In this document: positions 9,803-19,898 of the stretch, piece after piece | How positions within the stretch are numbered: the stretch's first letter is position 1 | Layout of the letters: each line of letters opens with the position of its first letter | Origin: a virus | Direction: 5' to 3' (one strand) | Length of the DNA stretch: 64,000 nucleotides | IMG/VR virus record: IMGVR_UViG_3300036826_000567 | Span: 34,898-98,897 of that record | Position numbers and translations under genes: made by a program | The notes under the pieces: generated by a model | Databases searched by the model: none | Seen by the model: only the letters and a program-made list of their open reading frames with translations | What the model was told of the DNA's origin: nothing

Positions 9803-10936
9803 TTATTCTCCCCGCTCCGCCTGCCTCGTATGCTCAGGCTTGTCTTTCTTCTCATGCTTCGTCTTCTTGGGCCTCCGCTCCTCGGGTGGGTCGCTAGGCG
9901 GAGGGGGCACCACCGGCGTCAACAGCAGCGCATAATCCGCATTGTCCTTCGTGCCATAGACCAGCATCATGCCGGCGTCGTTGAGGCGTACCGCGTTGTA
10001 GAGGTCCCACCCGGGCTCGGTCAGGAGGGGGCTGACATCTTGCGGCGTGGCCGGATCGGGCCACCGCAGCACCCGTTGCGCGAACATGCCATTGCCTTCA
10101 CCGACGCCGATGGTGAGTGCCTCGGTGATGTCGCTCGCGGTGGTGCTCGGAAAACCTGGGAACGCATCGTAGAGCGTCAGCCCCGTGCTCATGGTCCACT
10201 GGAAGAGCCGGATGCCCTGTCCGATAATCGTGGCTTCGCCCAGCACCACATTGAGGGCCGTCAGCGCGACCGCCCGGCTATTGAGCGCTGTGGGAGGGTG
10301 AATGTCTTGCGGCACGCCGCCAATACTCACATAGGCATGCGAGGGACCCGCGGGCGTCTGGTAGCTGCCCACGACCACGCCGGACGGATTGAGCCGCGCA
10401 CCATCGCCATCGCCCCCACTCGGCGTCGTGAGCAAATGCGGCACGCCACTCACCCAGAGGCATGGGGCCTGGCCGGTCGTCAGGGTACAGCGGCCGATGA
10501 TGAGGTTGCCCTTCACGGCGCCCACTGTCGCCAAGAGCATCGGGGCGGTGATGTCCACCATGCCGGTCTCGACGGTCCACTGCCAGGCATGGTTGGCCCC
10601 CGTGGCGTCAAAGCCATTGCCGACCACCGTCCCCCCGTCCACATCCTGGGCCGTCGTATCAAAGCCGGGGGTGAGAGCGCCGAGCAGCTGGAAGGTGGGA
10701 TAGAGGATCGCGGCCTGCACGCGCGTGCCCATCAGCACGCCGCCGACGACGGTGCCCGCTTCGTCCAGCCCCTCCACGAGCACACTGCCCTCGCCACCGG
10801 CAAAGCGCCTCGCACCGCCGGGGCCGGCGCGACCAAGATTCACGACGTCATAGGCGATCGGGACTTCAGCCTGAAGCGGCCAGGGGACGATGAGGACGAG
10901 GGCGAGGAATATCAGACTGTACCGAAAACCACGCAT
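9803..10936 (-). CDS. Secreted HAF-repeat-like (beta-propeller) protein
   Basis: Signal peptide; repeats of the type A..LN..G.VVG....HA.; AGGAG RBS. Confidence 0.7.
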   Translation of the reverse strand: MRGFRYSLIFLALVLIVPWPLQAEVPIAYDVVNLGRAGPGGARRFAGGEGSVLVEGLDEAGTVVGGVLMGTRVQAAILYPTFQLLGALTPGFDTTAQDVDGGTVVGNGFDATGANHAWQWTVETGMVDITAPMLLATVGAVKGNLIIGRCTLTTGQAPCLWVSGVPHLLTTPSGGDGDGARLNPSGVVVGSYQTPAGPSHAYVSIGGVPQDIHPPTALNSRAVALTALNVVLGEATIIGQGIRLFQWTMSTGLTLYDAFPGFPSTTASDITEALTIGVGEGNGMFAQRVLRWPDPATPQDVSPLLTEPGWDLYNAVRLNDAGMMLVYGTKDNADYALLLTPVVPPPPSDPPEERRPKKTKHEKKDKPEHTRQAERGE

Positions 10937-11170
10937 ATGCTATGCTCCTTCTGTCTGTGGATGCTGTGCCGGGGGCCTGCTGCGAGGCCCCCTTCGTTGT
11001 TTCGAGCGCTTATTGTAGAGATTTTCGCCTTAGGGTGCGAGATATTCCCGCGCCGGATCGCCATTGGGCCTCCGACGCATCGTTTTGTGATTTCTGTACC
11101 ACCCCATAGGTGCATCGCCTTCGCCCTGCCACTGCTCAGCGGCTTGACAAGCCGCGTCGATATTCGCATA

Positions 11171-11311
11171 TCAAAAACTGTCGTGCGGCCCGAACTCATC
11201 GCCCACCCAGAGGCGTGCGTTGCCCCAGAGTTGGAGAGTCACGCCGATCCAACGGCCTGAGGGCAGGCGCCGGAGGTAGGCATGGTCATCGGGGTCGAGG
11301 GCGTTAGGCAT
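11171..11311 (-). CDS. Small hypothetical protein
   Basis: GGAGG RBS before MPNALDP. Confidence 0.45.
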   Translation of the reverse strand: MPNALDPDDHAYLRRLPSGRWIGVTLQLWGNARLWVGDEFGPHDSF

Positions 11312-11420
11312 GAAACACCTCCATTGTGCTATACTCCTTCTGTCTGTGGTACACGTACCAGCCAGTGCAGACCCTCCTGGGGCACCTGCCAGAGAGCGTC
11401 CCAGGAGGGCAGTTAAACGC

Positions 11421-11849
11421 TCAGAACCGCGCTGCCGTCCTCCGCAGCGCCTCAATGATCGCCACATAATTTTGCGGTTCGGGCTCGAGCCCGGTCAACT
11501 CCCTCGCCACGCGTTGTGCCTCCAACTTCGTGCCACCCCGCCACCCGTTGTCGCGGAGCAGGTCGAGAATCTGCTGCTTCAGCATGCGAATACACCGAGG
11601 ACAGAAATCTTTATCCGGCTCGACGTGGACAGCGCAGTGGACACAGATCGGCGCGTCACAGGTCTTCTTGCGCCGCCCGTCCGTGCGGCCATCACAGAGC
11701 CGCATCGCCACACACGGGTCCGCCGTCCCACAGACCACACAGCGCTGCATCTTCTTCTGGCGACGTCCGCGCGAGCAGACGATGGTGTGGGCATACTTGA
11801 CGGTGCCATCGGGGTTGTTGATGGGAATAGAGACGCGTTCACAGGGCAT
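11421..11849 (-). CDS. Cys-rich (zinc-finger-like) hypothetical protein
   Basis: Several CxxC pairs; AGGAGG RBS. Confidence 0.55.
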   Translation of the reverse strand: MPCERVSIPINNPDGTVKYAHTIVCSRGRRQKKMQRCVVCGTADPCVAMRLCDGRTDGRRKKTCDAPICVHCAVHVEPDKDFCPRCIRMLKQQILDLLRDNGWRGGTKLEAQRVARELTGLEPEPQNYVAIIEALRRTAARF

Positions 11850-12069
11850 CGCGATGTCCCTCCTGTCGCAATACCGCCCGGTCGATATCCGCCATCCAGT
11901 CATAGCACTGCTCGCTGGCATAGCAGGCGGCTTTGGCCAGGGCCGCCCACTCCTCATCCGTGGCACGCCCGCCCATAAAATGGACGAGCACGCGCCGCTC
12001 GTACGTGGTGGTGGATATGGTGCCGAGGGCCTCCTGCTCAGCCTGGGTCAGGGTGTCGGTCGTGCTCAT
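11839..12069 (-). CDS. Hypothetical protein
   Basis: GGAG RBS; operonic overlaps. Confidence 0.5.
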   Translation of the reverse strand: MSTTDTLTQAEQEALGTISTTTYERRVLVHFMGGRATDEEWAALAKAACYASEQCYDWMADIDRAVLRQEGHRDAL

Positions 12070-12503
12070 ATGGTTTCTCCATGCGCGGTGAAATCTGGGG
12101 TCACGTCCCCCTCTAGGCAATGCCACAGATGTAATATCGGCGCGATATTCACATGCTTTGCCCGCGGCGGCATGACCTGTAAAGCAGTTCGATCTGCGCC
12201 AATAAACACGTCCTTGACCTGACTCATCAGATCCCAGTTGGGTAACTCGCGATTCTTGCGGGAGACACTGACATGCAGCCAGTGCTTCTCGTCACCATAG
12301 TGCGCACAGGAGACCAGCACCCGTACCGTGCCATGGCGCACATAGATGCGGTTGTAGTCCCGATCCCAGCCATAGGGTGGCGGATATTCTTCCCAGCCAG
12401 CGGGCAGAGCCTCGGGAAACCAGGCAGGTAAGGGCACAGGGGCGTGCGTCGCATCTCCCCCGACTTGATAGGTCTGTCCACGAAACGTGACGATATCAGG
12501 CAT
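12066..12503 (-). CDS. Conserved phage hypothetical protein
   Basis: WLHVSVSR..LPNWDLM..VKDVF..HVNI..LHLW pattern, common in phage early regions. Confidence 0.6.
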   Translation of the reverse strand: MPDIVTFRGQTYQVGGDATHAPVPLPAWFPEALPAGWEEYPPPYGWDRDYNRIYVRHGTVRVLVSCAHYGDEKHWLHVSVSRKNRELPNWDLMSQVKDVFIGADRTALQVMPPRAKHVNIAPILHLWHCLEGDVTPDFTAHGETI

Positions 12504-12539
12504 GCGTTTCCTCCAGTAACGACGTAAAAACGTTATTTA

Positions 12540-13986
12540 AGGCCCCTGGGAGCCAAATCTAGCCACCCTCTTAGCGTGGTATGAGTCATTTTTTCAGAGA
12601 AAGTGTCCCCTGGGGCATCCTGGGCAGCGAGAGGGGCACTTCTACGCCGCCTGTCTAACCCCACCATGAGGCAAGATTCCGCAAGCCCAAAGATTGAAAT
12701 ATTTGAGATGGGACACACTATTCTATATACATATTGCCACTTAGCATTTAAAGATGGTAAATATAACAATATTTTTATATACTCTCTCTATGAGACGAAT
12801 GTTCAGATATAAGCTTTACCGTAGTAAGCATAATGGCAGACTCCATCGCCTAATTAATATAGGCGGAGCAATTCATAATCATGTCATTGCATTGCATAAG
12901 CGCTACTATAGGCTATATAAGAAGCATCTCTCTCACTATAAGCTTAAAGCTCATCTTGCAAAACTAAAGCGTCTGCCGAAATATGCCTGGTGGAAACAAC
13001 TGCGCGCTCAAGTCATTCAGAACATTGTTGACCGGATTGACAAAGGCTATGAGCGTTTCTTTCAGAGCCTGCGCGATCGCAAAGCCGGAAAGGCCACGCA
13101 GCGAGTGGGATCCCCCACATTTCGGAAGATTGCCAAGGCTAAATCGTTCACCATGACGCAAGATGGCTGGAAGCTTCTTGGTGCCAATCGCATACAAATC
13201 CATGGCACTGTCTACAAGTTTGCCAAGTCTCGCGATATAGAAGGCACTATCAAAACGGTTACTGTCAAACGTGATGCCCTCGGAGAGTTGTATATCTACT
13301 TCTCTTGCCTTCTTGATGCACAGCCTATTGACAGAACTATGACGGGTCAAAGCGCAGGTTTTGACTTTGGGCTGACTACCTACCTCACAGGGAATGATGG
13401 CACCGAGATTCAGGCTCCCCAACCGTTCAAGCGTAGACTGAAGCAGATTGCCCAAGCCAACCGCCGCCTCTCGCGCAAAGCGAAGAACTCTCACAATCGC
13501 AAGAAAGCTCAGCAGCACCTGGCCCGTGTCCACCGTCGCGTGGTCCATGTGCGTGAAGCATTCCACTGGCATCTTGCCCGCGACCTCTGTCAGCGCTATG
13601 ACCATATAGCCTTGGAGACACTGAATCTGCGGAGTATGCAAGCCTTGTGGGGTCGCAAGATCTCGGATCTGGGTTTTGCGGGGTTTGTGTGTATCCTGCA
13701 TCATGTCGCCTCGAAGCTAGGAAGCGTCGTTCACCATATTGATCTCTGGTTCCCCTCGACCAAGCTTTGTTCTATCTGCGGCGTACTCAATGAGCATATC
13801 ACCCTTAGAGACCGCGCCTGGACCTGCGATGCCTGTGGTACAACCCACCGCAGAGACCAGAACGCGGCCACGAATATTTACCGGGAAGGGGCATCTTCCC
13901 GTGGAGAAGAGTGCATCAGACTGCCAATGGCAGCTGCGCTTGTTGATCCCAGAATCTCCCGGCTTTAGCCGTGGGGAGTATGTCAA
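12540..13986 (+). mobile_element. IS1341-like (tnpB-only) element; left end approximate
   Basis: Right-end hairpin GAATCTCCCGGCTTTAGCCGTGGGGAG followed by TATG-TCAA (TCAA at 13983-13986); no tnpA. Confidence 0.75.
12790..13968 (+). CDS. tnpB: IS200/IS605-family RNA-guided endonuclease TnpB
   Basis: RuvC-I GFDFG, RuvC-II IALETL, zinc finger CSICG..CDACG, RuvC-III RDQNAA; lower GC than flanks. Confidence 0.95.
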   Translation: MRRMFRYKLYRSKHNGRLHRLINIGGAIHNHVIALHKRYYRLYKKHLSHYKLKAHLAKLKRLPKYAWWKQLRAQVIQNIVDRIDKGYERFFQSLRDRKAGKATQRVGSPTFRKIAKAKSFTMTQDGWKLLGANRIQIHGTVYKFAKSRDIEGTIKTVTVKRDALGELYIYFSCLLDAQPIDRTMTGQSAGFDFGLTTYLTGNDGTEIQAPQPFKRRLKQIAQANRRLSRKAKNSHNRKKAQQHLARVHRRVVHVREAFHWHLARDLCQRYDHIALETLNLRSMQALWGRKISDLGFAGFVCILHHVASKLGSVVHHIDLWFPSTKLCSICGVLNEHITLRDRAWTCDACGTTHRRDQNAATNIYREGASSRGEECIRLPMAAALVDPRISRL

Positions 13987-15128
13987 CTCCCGTTCCCATG
14001 CCCCAGGTCGAGGGTGGCCTGGCGCGCATCGGCGTCCCGCTCCCGCTCGGCGTCCTCCTCAGCCTGCATGAGGTCGGGCTGCGTCGTATCCTCACCCGGG
14101 TGGATGCCTGGGCTGCCGGCCTCTGGCCGTTTCGTCGCGGCCTTTTGCTGAAGCTTTTCTAGGAGCATCGTCAGGGTGAAGACCGTGCGTCCCCCATATT
14201 TCTGATCCATGCGCCCCCACCAATCCTTACGCTGCTCCGGGTCCATCCCCTGTGCCGCCAGGAGTGTGTCAATCTGTGCGACCAGCGCCGCGGCGCCGGG
14301 CTCTTGTTCGCCATAGAGGACGTTGATGGTCTCGGTAAGCGCGTGCGGCTGTGTCGGCGTTGGCGGCGCAGCCAGCAAGACCTGTTGCGCACCCGCAAGG
14401 ATCTGCCGTGGCGTGTACTTCGGCCACAACACTGGCACGGCAAACTTCAGTGTGCCTTTGCCTTCCCCTTTCCCAGGCCGCTTGACCATGCGCTGTTCGA
14501 GACGGAGCACGGCTTCGATAATCGTGTGCGCCTGCCCAGCCATCTGGAGCATTTCGAGCGTGCCTATGACCTCGGACGTCGCATAAAAGGCATCGTGGCA
14601 TTCGAGGCGCCAAGTCCCCATCCCTGGGAGATCAGGGAGTAAGACGTTGAGCCGCAGCACCCGTGCACACGCTTTTCCTGACTTGGCCATAGATGCCCGT
14701 TCGCGGTCATTCTGAGGGCACCTGCAGGCGGTGCCCTCTAATGCCGGTTCGAGCGGACACTCGCGAATGGTTGCCCCATCACACCTCCGCTGACACCCTG
14801 AGCCGCTCCATTGCTCAAAGGATATGGAGGCCGCACTCATCGTAGGAATCAGCACATCCATGCTATTGACGGTGGTATAGAGCTCGAATTGCTGAGGACG
14901 CCCATGCTCATCTCTCGGCGCCCCCTCACTCTCCCAGGGATGCACCTCGCCGCCATAGGCCAACGCCGCGTAGTGGAGCAGTGAGCCATTGCTCGACGTT
15001 AAGCGAAACGTGTCTAATTTATGGGGATGGGTCCCTTTGCCATTGCTATTCGCCTCGCGATTTCCTATGCGAATCCTGCCGAGTTCCGTAAGTTTTTTCG
15101 GTAAGGTTCTGACCATTGCTGTCGCCAT
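13983..15128 (-). CDS. Phage Gp3/recombination-directionality-factor-like protein
   Basis: LGRIRIG..PHKLDTFRLTS..YGGEV.PW..WSGSGCQRRCDG..LNVLLPDLPGMGTWRL. Confidence 0.7.
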   Translation of the reverse strand: MATAMVRTLPKKLTELGRIRIGNREANSNGKGTHPHKLDTFRLTSSNGSLLHYAALAYGGEVHPWESEGAPRDEHGRPQQFELYTTVNSMDVLIPTMSAASISFEQWSGSGCQRRCDGATIRECPLEPALEGTACRCPQNDRERASMAKSGKACARVLRLNVLLPDLPGMGTWRLECHDAFYATSEVIGTLEMLQMAGQAHTIIEAVLRLEQRMVKRPGKGEGKGTLKFAVPVLWPKYTPRQILAGAQQVLLAAPPTPTQPHALTETINVLYGEQEPGAAALVAQIDTLLAAQGMDPEQRKDWWGRMDQKYGGRTVFTLTMLLEKLQQKAATKRPEAGSPGIHPGEDTTQPDLMQAEEDAERERDADARQATLDLGHGNGS

Positions 15129-15187
15129 TGTCTTGGGCCTTTCTTTTGTGTTACGCTAGGAGTGCATCTCGTCTCCTAGTAGGGTTG

Positions 15188-15553
15188 TTACTCCTGGGCT
15201 GTGGTTGCCCCCACGCCCGGGAGTCCTCCTTCACGCGCCATCCCGCCACAGTGATGGACGGCATGACCACGCGATTCATACAAGCACGGCCGCTCTGCCC
15301 GTGCGTTCCACCCGATGACATACATCGGGATCTCCAGGTCCACCGCCAGCCGTCTCCCATCGGCGGTGTCTCCCATGAGCACCAGCTGCCCACACGCCTC
15401 ACAGGGCACGTAGCAGGGGGCTGGCTCCTTCTTGTGTTTCTTTGTCGGGACGTCCGCTGTGGGCGCCAGGCCGCTACTCACCTCGCGGGGCGCACGGCTG
15501 CGCTCCGGACTGTCGGTATCAATCTGGTCGGGCTCCAGCATAAACTCAGGCAT
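15188..15553 (-). CDS. Hypothetical protein with CxxC
   Basis: AGGAGGAG RBS; PCEACG. Confidence 0.5.
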   Translation of the reverse strand: MPEFMLEPDQIDTDSPERSRAPREVSSGLAPTADVPTKKHKKEPAPCYVPCEACGQLVLMGDTADGRRLAVDLEIPMYVIGWNARAERPCLYESRGHAVHHCGGMAREGGLPGVGATTAQE

Positions 15554-16106
15554 GGCTCGGCTCCTCCTGCCTTGGCATGCGCACGAGGTCACACGTCCAC
15601 CGCAGCGACCAGTCTCCACTCGCTCGTGGGATACTCGCCATGATCCGCGGTGCGATTTCCTCATCCCACCACGTCAGGGGGACCCACGCTCCACGTTGGT
15701 CCGACTCCGGACCCTGGTCCCACTCCCTTCGCACATTCACGTCATAGACCATGCGGCCATACTCCACCGTCTCGGCGACTGCAACCCAATGCGTGTAGCG
15801 ATACGCCGCCCTCCCCGGCCCTCCCGGCTCGATCCAGGGGCCATGCCACTGTATGACGGCCAGGCCATAGGTCGGCCACTGGCTCCCGCGCTTGATGGCC
15901 GTGTGGCCCGCTAAGCGGATCGCGGTCCACATCGTGGAGGGCGTTACCCACGGTTTGCGGTCAAACTCGGGAAACACCCGGCGTACCCTCCGCACGAGGA
16001 CGCCGAGGATGGCCGCCAGGGCGCACGGCCCACAATTGGCGCCGAAATTTTTATGAGCTTCTTCAACATCAGAAGGTGCATAAAGGTCCTCATATTTAAA
16101 CATCAT
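15546..16106 (-). CDS. Hypothetical protein, possible C39/papain-like fold; AT-rich recoded N-terminus
   Basis: NCGPCALAAIL and THWVAV..VYDVN give a Cys-His-Asp arrangement; the first 24 codons are AT-rich. Confidence 0.55.
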   Translation of the reverse strand: MMFKYEDLYAPSDVEEAHKNFGANCGPCALAAILGVLVRRVRRVFPEFDRKPWVTPSTMWTAIRLAGHTAIKRGSQWPTYGLAVIQWHGPWIEPGGPGRAAYRYTHWVAVAETVEYGRMVYDVNVRREWDQGPESDQRGAWVPLTWWDEEIAPRIMASIPRASGDWSLRWTCDLVRMPRQEEPSHA

Positions 16107-16696
16107 GCGACCTCCGGAAAATTGAGTACAGCGAACTCGCCATGATATATTCTCGCAGCCGTATCGTAGGCTTGTGCGGCATCTTCTTCTGCATAAAAGC
16201 GCCCCAAATGTATTATGCGATGATTAATCTGTACACTTGCCCGCCATTTCCCAGTCTGTTTGTCCCAAGCAACTCCTTTGAACGTCGATTTGCCCACAAT
16301 TACACGCCGATTACAATTATTTCCACTGGCTGTTGTTATGCGAAGATTCTGGCGTCTATTGTCCAACCCATTGCCATTTCTATGGTCCGTACGCATACCA
16401 GCAGGCGACTCCATAATGAGGCGATGCATATAGATTTGGGTTTTCTTCCGTCTAAATTTTTTTGTCCGTGCCGCATATCCAGCACTGTGGTAATGCCACT
16501 TCCACTGTGAGAGCCATTCATGGTCAATAGCATCCACTGTGGCGTAATACCCTTTGGTGAGCGGAATGAAGGCAAATAAGGTAGACTCTGGCATACTCAT
16601 AGACACATGCACCTCCAATGCGTGTGATATGGGGAGAGCCCCTTCGAGTGTTTCCAGCACTTGTGGGGCTCGTTTTTTAGTTTTAAAGAATAGCAT
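16103..16696 (-). CDS. HNH-AP2 homing endonuclease
   Basis: YMHRLIM..TDHRNGNGLDNRRQNLR (HNH_3) plus FKGVAW..KWRA..HLGRF..AAQAYD.AA..HGEFA.LNF (AP2); low GC. Confidence 0.93.
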   Translation of the reverse strand: MLFFKTKKRAPQVLETLEGALPISHALEVHVSMSMPESTLFAFIPLTKGYYATVDAIDHEWLSQWKWHYHSAGYAARTKKFRRKKTQIYMHRLIMESPAGMRTDHRNGNGLDNRRQNLRITTASGNNCNRRVIVGKSTFKGVAWDKQTGKWRASVQINHRIIHLGRFYAEEDAAQAYDTAARIYHGEFAVLNFPEVA

Positions 16697-16727
16697 ATAC
16701 TGCTCTAATGTGCACTATAAATAGTTC

Positions 16728-16838
16728 TCAATTCGCGCCCCACGCCCGGTACGCGACCTCCACATCCTCAGGGGCATAGAGGTCATCGTAGGCCATGAGG
16801 CGTTGCTGGGGAACAGTCGTGTCGTCAGTAGTCATCAT
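16728..16838 (-). pseudogene. Orphaned original N-terminus of the 15546-16106 gene
   Basis: Translates MMTTDDTTVPQQRLMAYDDLYAPEDVEVAYRAWGAN*, matching MMFKYEDLYAPSDVEEAHKNFGANC of the downstream gene. Confidence 0.8.
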
Positions 16839-17647
16839 CCTCGTCCTTCTCTGCACGCTCTCGCTCGGCTTCCTGCGGCTCATAGCGGGCAGTCGCATAG
16901 GGATCGGTGTACGGGCAATACTGCTCCGCGGCTACATGCGCCATGCGCTCCTCGCCACAGTGCTGACAGGGAGTAGTCCGGTGCGAGGGTGCGTCGCTCC
17001 TGTCTCTCGGCTCCATCACGCCTCCTCTTCCCAATTGGCATGCAAATGTTCCCAGGTCATGAGGAGATGGCGGACCAACTCAAAATCAGGTGTCTTGTCT
17101 TCGCACATCTGTTGAAACACGTCGGGCCCTTGCGTCCAATCAATGGGCAACGCCAATAACCGCTGCTGCAAGGCTCGCGCCTGCACGTAGCGGTAATAGG
17201 TCGGCGCTACGATCAACCCAGACTGGTGTGTGACGCCATAGACAATTCCCATGGCGCTGTTATGCTTCTGGATCCAGAGGCCACCCTCTAGGTCACTGCC
17301 CCAGGCTACCGACTCGTGGCATTCGCCACAGGGGCATGGTACTCTCTCGTCCTCGGGACGCTGCTGAATTGGGAAACGAATCATTCTTCCTCCTTTCCTG
17401 GCCCTCGCCGGCTCGCTATCGGGTCCGTATAGGGCAGACTTCGATGCTGCATGCCCTCCTCACTCTCAGGGATAATTACCACGGTAAACCCCTCGCCGTC
17501 GTTCACGAAAAAGGGGCCAGCGGTCATGAGGACGGTGTCCTCGACTATCGCCATCAGCGCCTCCCGCAAGCGCCGCAGGTCGTCCAGCGTCCCAACAATC
17601 ATGGCATCGTCATGCCACGCCTCTTGCGCATAGATATGCAGGGTCAT
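16825..17647 (-). other. Three small hypothetical CDSs (16825-17016, 17016-17384, 17381-17647)
   Basis: Overlapping stop/start codons, each with a GGAGG-type RBS. Confidence 0.5.
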
Positions 17648-18543
17648 CCTACCTCCTCTCTTGCGTCCCGCCATAGGCAGCTTGCGATCCCCTTCCCATT
17701 GCGCGCAAACAGCACTTCCTGGCGGGGGTGTTTCGCAGGCGCGCATGCAAACAGGCTCGGCTGCGCTTGCGCCTGCTCAATGCGCTGACACGCCAGGTCA
17801 AAATACTCCGGCTCTTGCTCAATCCCGATAAACGCCCTGCCTAGTTCTACGGCGGCTACGCCTGCAGTGCCAGAGCCCATAAACGGGTCAAGAATGGTAT
17901 CTGGCGGCAGGGACCAACCTTGCATCACCCCTCTCGCCATCACGAGCGGCATCGGACATGGATGCCCTGGCACCGCTTCAGGCTGGATATGATCCCAGAC
18001 GCTCCGACACCAGAGCGCTTTCGCCTGGGGCGAGAGTTCGGGATAGGCATAGGCGCCCGGTCGACCTCCCGGCTGCCGGGCAAACAGGCAGTGGCTGTGC
18101 TGCGTCAGCACTGCCGGGCTTCCTGGCGCGCAGATAAGTCTGCTCGCGTTCCCGCCCCAGCGCCCCCGATGCCAGATGACCGTTTCCTTGAACAAGAGCC
18201 CCGCCTCGCTCATCGCTTGGGAGATCACCGCATGGGTGTTCATGCAGACCTGCTCAGTCTGGCCCCGAGTCGCATGGGGATGTTCTGGCGAGAGGTGCAT
18301 ATCCTGGACCTCGACAAAGCACCAGCCCCCGGGTCGGAGAAGTTGCGCCACGGACGCCACCCAGGTCCTGGTAAACTGGAAAAACGCCTCGAGCGATGTC
18401 CAGGCCCTGCGCTCATACGCACGCCCGGCGTTAAAGGGCGGGCTGGTCAGCACCTGCCCTACGGGTTCCAGGGTCGGTAAGATCGTCAGGCAATCGCCGC
18501 GATACAGCGTGCAGGCGCCAATCTGCTCACACTCCGTACTCAC
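17644..18543 (-). CDS. DNA methyltransferase, beta class (N4-C/N6-A)
   Basis: LYRGDC, catalytic TSPPF, HPCPMP, SAM-binding ILDPFMGSGT and FIGIE. Confidence 0.92.
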   Translation of the reverse strand: MSTECEQIGACTLYRGDCLTILPTLEPVGQVLTSPPFNAGRAYERRAWTSLEAFFQFTRTWVASVAQLLRPGGWCFVEVQDMHLSPEHPHATRGQTEQVCMNTHAVISQAMSEAGLLFKETVIWHRGRWGGNASRLICAPGSPAVLTQHSHCLFARQPGGRPGAYAYPELSPQAKALWCRSVWDHIQPEAVPGHPCPMPLVMARGVMQGWSLPPDTILDPFMGSGTAGVAAVELGRAFIGIEQEPEYFDLACQRIEQAQAQPSLFACAPAKHPRQEVLFARNGKGIASCLWRDAREEVG

Positions 18544-18982
18544 TCAGCGTCTCTCCTCTCCCTGGCCTGCCCCAGACGGCGGACTTTGGTCCCGCGCTGC
18601 TTCTGGCGCACGCCCCGGCATGGCCCCACCGTGAGCGCCCCGCTGGGGTCCTTGTCCCCCCAGGCGTTCGCGATAACCTGCATGACATTGCCATAGCCCC
18701 ACGTCTCGCATACGGCCAAGACGCGCTTCATCGCCTCAATCTCGCCAAAGAACCACTGACGGTTCTTCCAGTCGCTCATCCCTCCTCCTCTCCCACACGC
18801 CCCAGGCGGCGGGCTTCCTCTACCGCATCCAGGATGTCGCGGACAGCGGGGTCCACCGGCCTTGCATAGCAGTCGTCACACTGCCACACGGCGGGTAACT
18901 CCCCGACGTTGAGCCGATGGACGGCGATCCCGTCCCGCTCGGCACTCCGACCACAGTCTCTACAGATACTCAGTGCCATCAC
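18540..18982 (-). other. Two small hypothetical CDSs (18540-18779, 18776-18982)
   Basis: Translationally coupled; RBSs present. Confidence 0.5.
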
Positions 18983-19449
18983 GCCTCCTCTCGCTCACCC
19001 CGCCACCGGCGGTGCGCTGCTTCCATGGCCGGTACAATCTCGGCCATCGTCAAGCCCTGTGCATAGGCCGCTGACTCATGGCCCGGAAACACGGCCCGCG
19101 CAATGGCTTCGGCAGCCTCGACTGCTGCCCGCACTTCCTCGTCGGTCATCCAGCGCTCGGGCTCACATCCCCAGGGACAGCGCAAGCGCGGGTCCTGGCT
19201 CAATGACCACAAGCGGCAGATGAGCGGACGCACCCGATAGACACTGCACGCACCTGCCTTGAGGAGCGGACAGGTGCCGTCCGGCAGGAACTTCGGCTTC
19301 AGGGGCCGCTGGCGCTGGATGCGCCGCCATTCAACCCGTGTCATGATGATGATGCCGCAACTCTCCTGGCACTGCCGCTGACAGGCCACCCGCGGCAGCG
19401 TCGCATAGAGGGCGTCCAGTTGCGTCACGGCTTCCGCGTAGGTCATCAT
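18979..19449 (-). CDS. YkgJ-family cysteine-cluster protein
   Basis: CQRQCQESC..CPLL..CSVYRVRPLICR motif. Confidence 0.8.
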   Translation of the reverse strand: MMTYAEAVTQLDALYATLPRVACQRQCQESCGIIIMTRVEWRRIQRQRPLKPKFLPDGTCPLLKAGACSVYRVRPLICRLWSLSQDPRLRCPWGCEPERWMTDEEVRAAVEAAEAIARAVFPGHESAAYAQGLTMAEIVPAMEAAHRRWRGEREEA

Positions 19450-19470
19450 CGCTCCTCTCCTCTCCCATTG

Positions 19471-19898
19471 TTACGCCTTTGCCTCATGCAGCATGACGTA
19501 CCGCTGCCGGGCCATCTGCTGTCCATGCGGGAGCAGAGCCACCCCGCGCTCCCAGGCCGCGCACACCGCACAACTGCCGCCGCCCTGATGCGCCGCGGGG
19601 TCACATGGCAGGCGCGCCGTGGTCGGCGTCGGCAACGCGAGCACGAGGGCGCGCTGCTGCGGGCGCCGGGGCTGGGGGGTGCGGGGGTGGTTAGGCATCG
19701 CCATTAGTCAATCTCCCTCTGTTCAAACACGCGCTCGCGGGCTTCTTCCCACACATCCTCCCAGGCCCCAAACGGATCACACTCGCAGGTCTGCGACAGC
19801 AGCGTGACGTCCAAGTCGCGGCCACGGCCACTCACCTGACATTCCAGGGCTTCACGATCACCACACTCTGGACACTGGAGCCGGAGTTCATGCGACAT
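19471..19898 (-). other. Two small CxxC hypothetical CDSs (19471-19704, 19704-19898)
   Basis: Coupled ORFs with CxxC pairs. Confidence 0.45.

Noticed and set aside
9530-11260. 576-aa plus-strand ORF
   Set aside because: Antisense shadow of the HAF-repeat gene; no RBS or domain.
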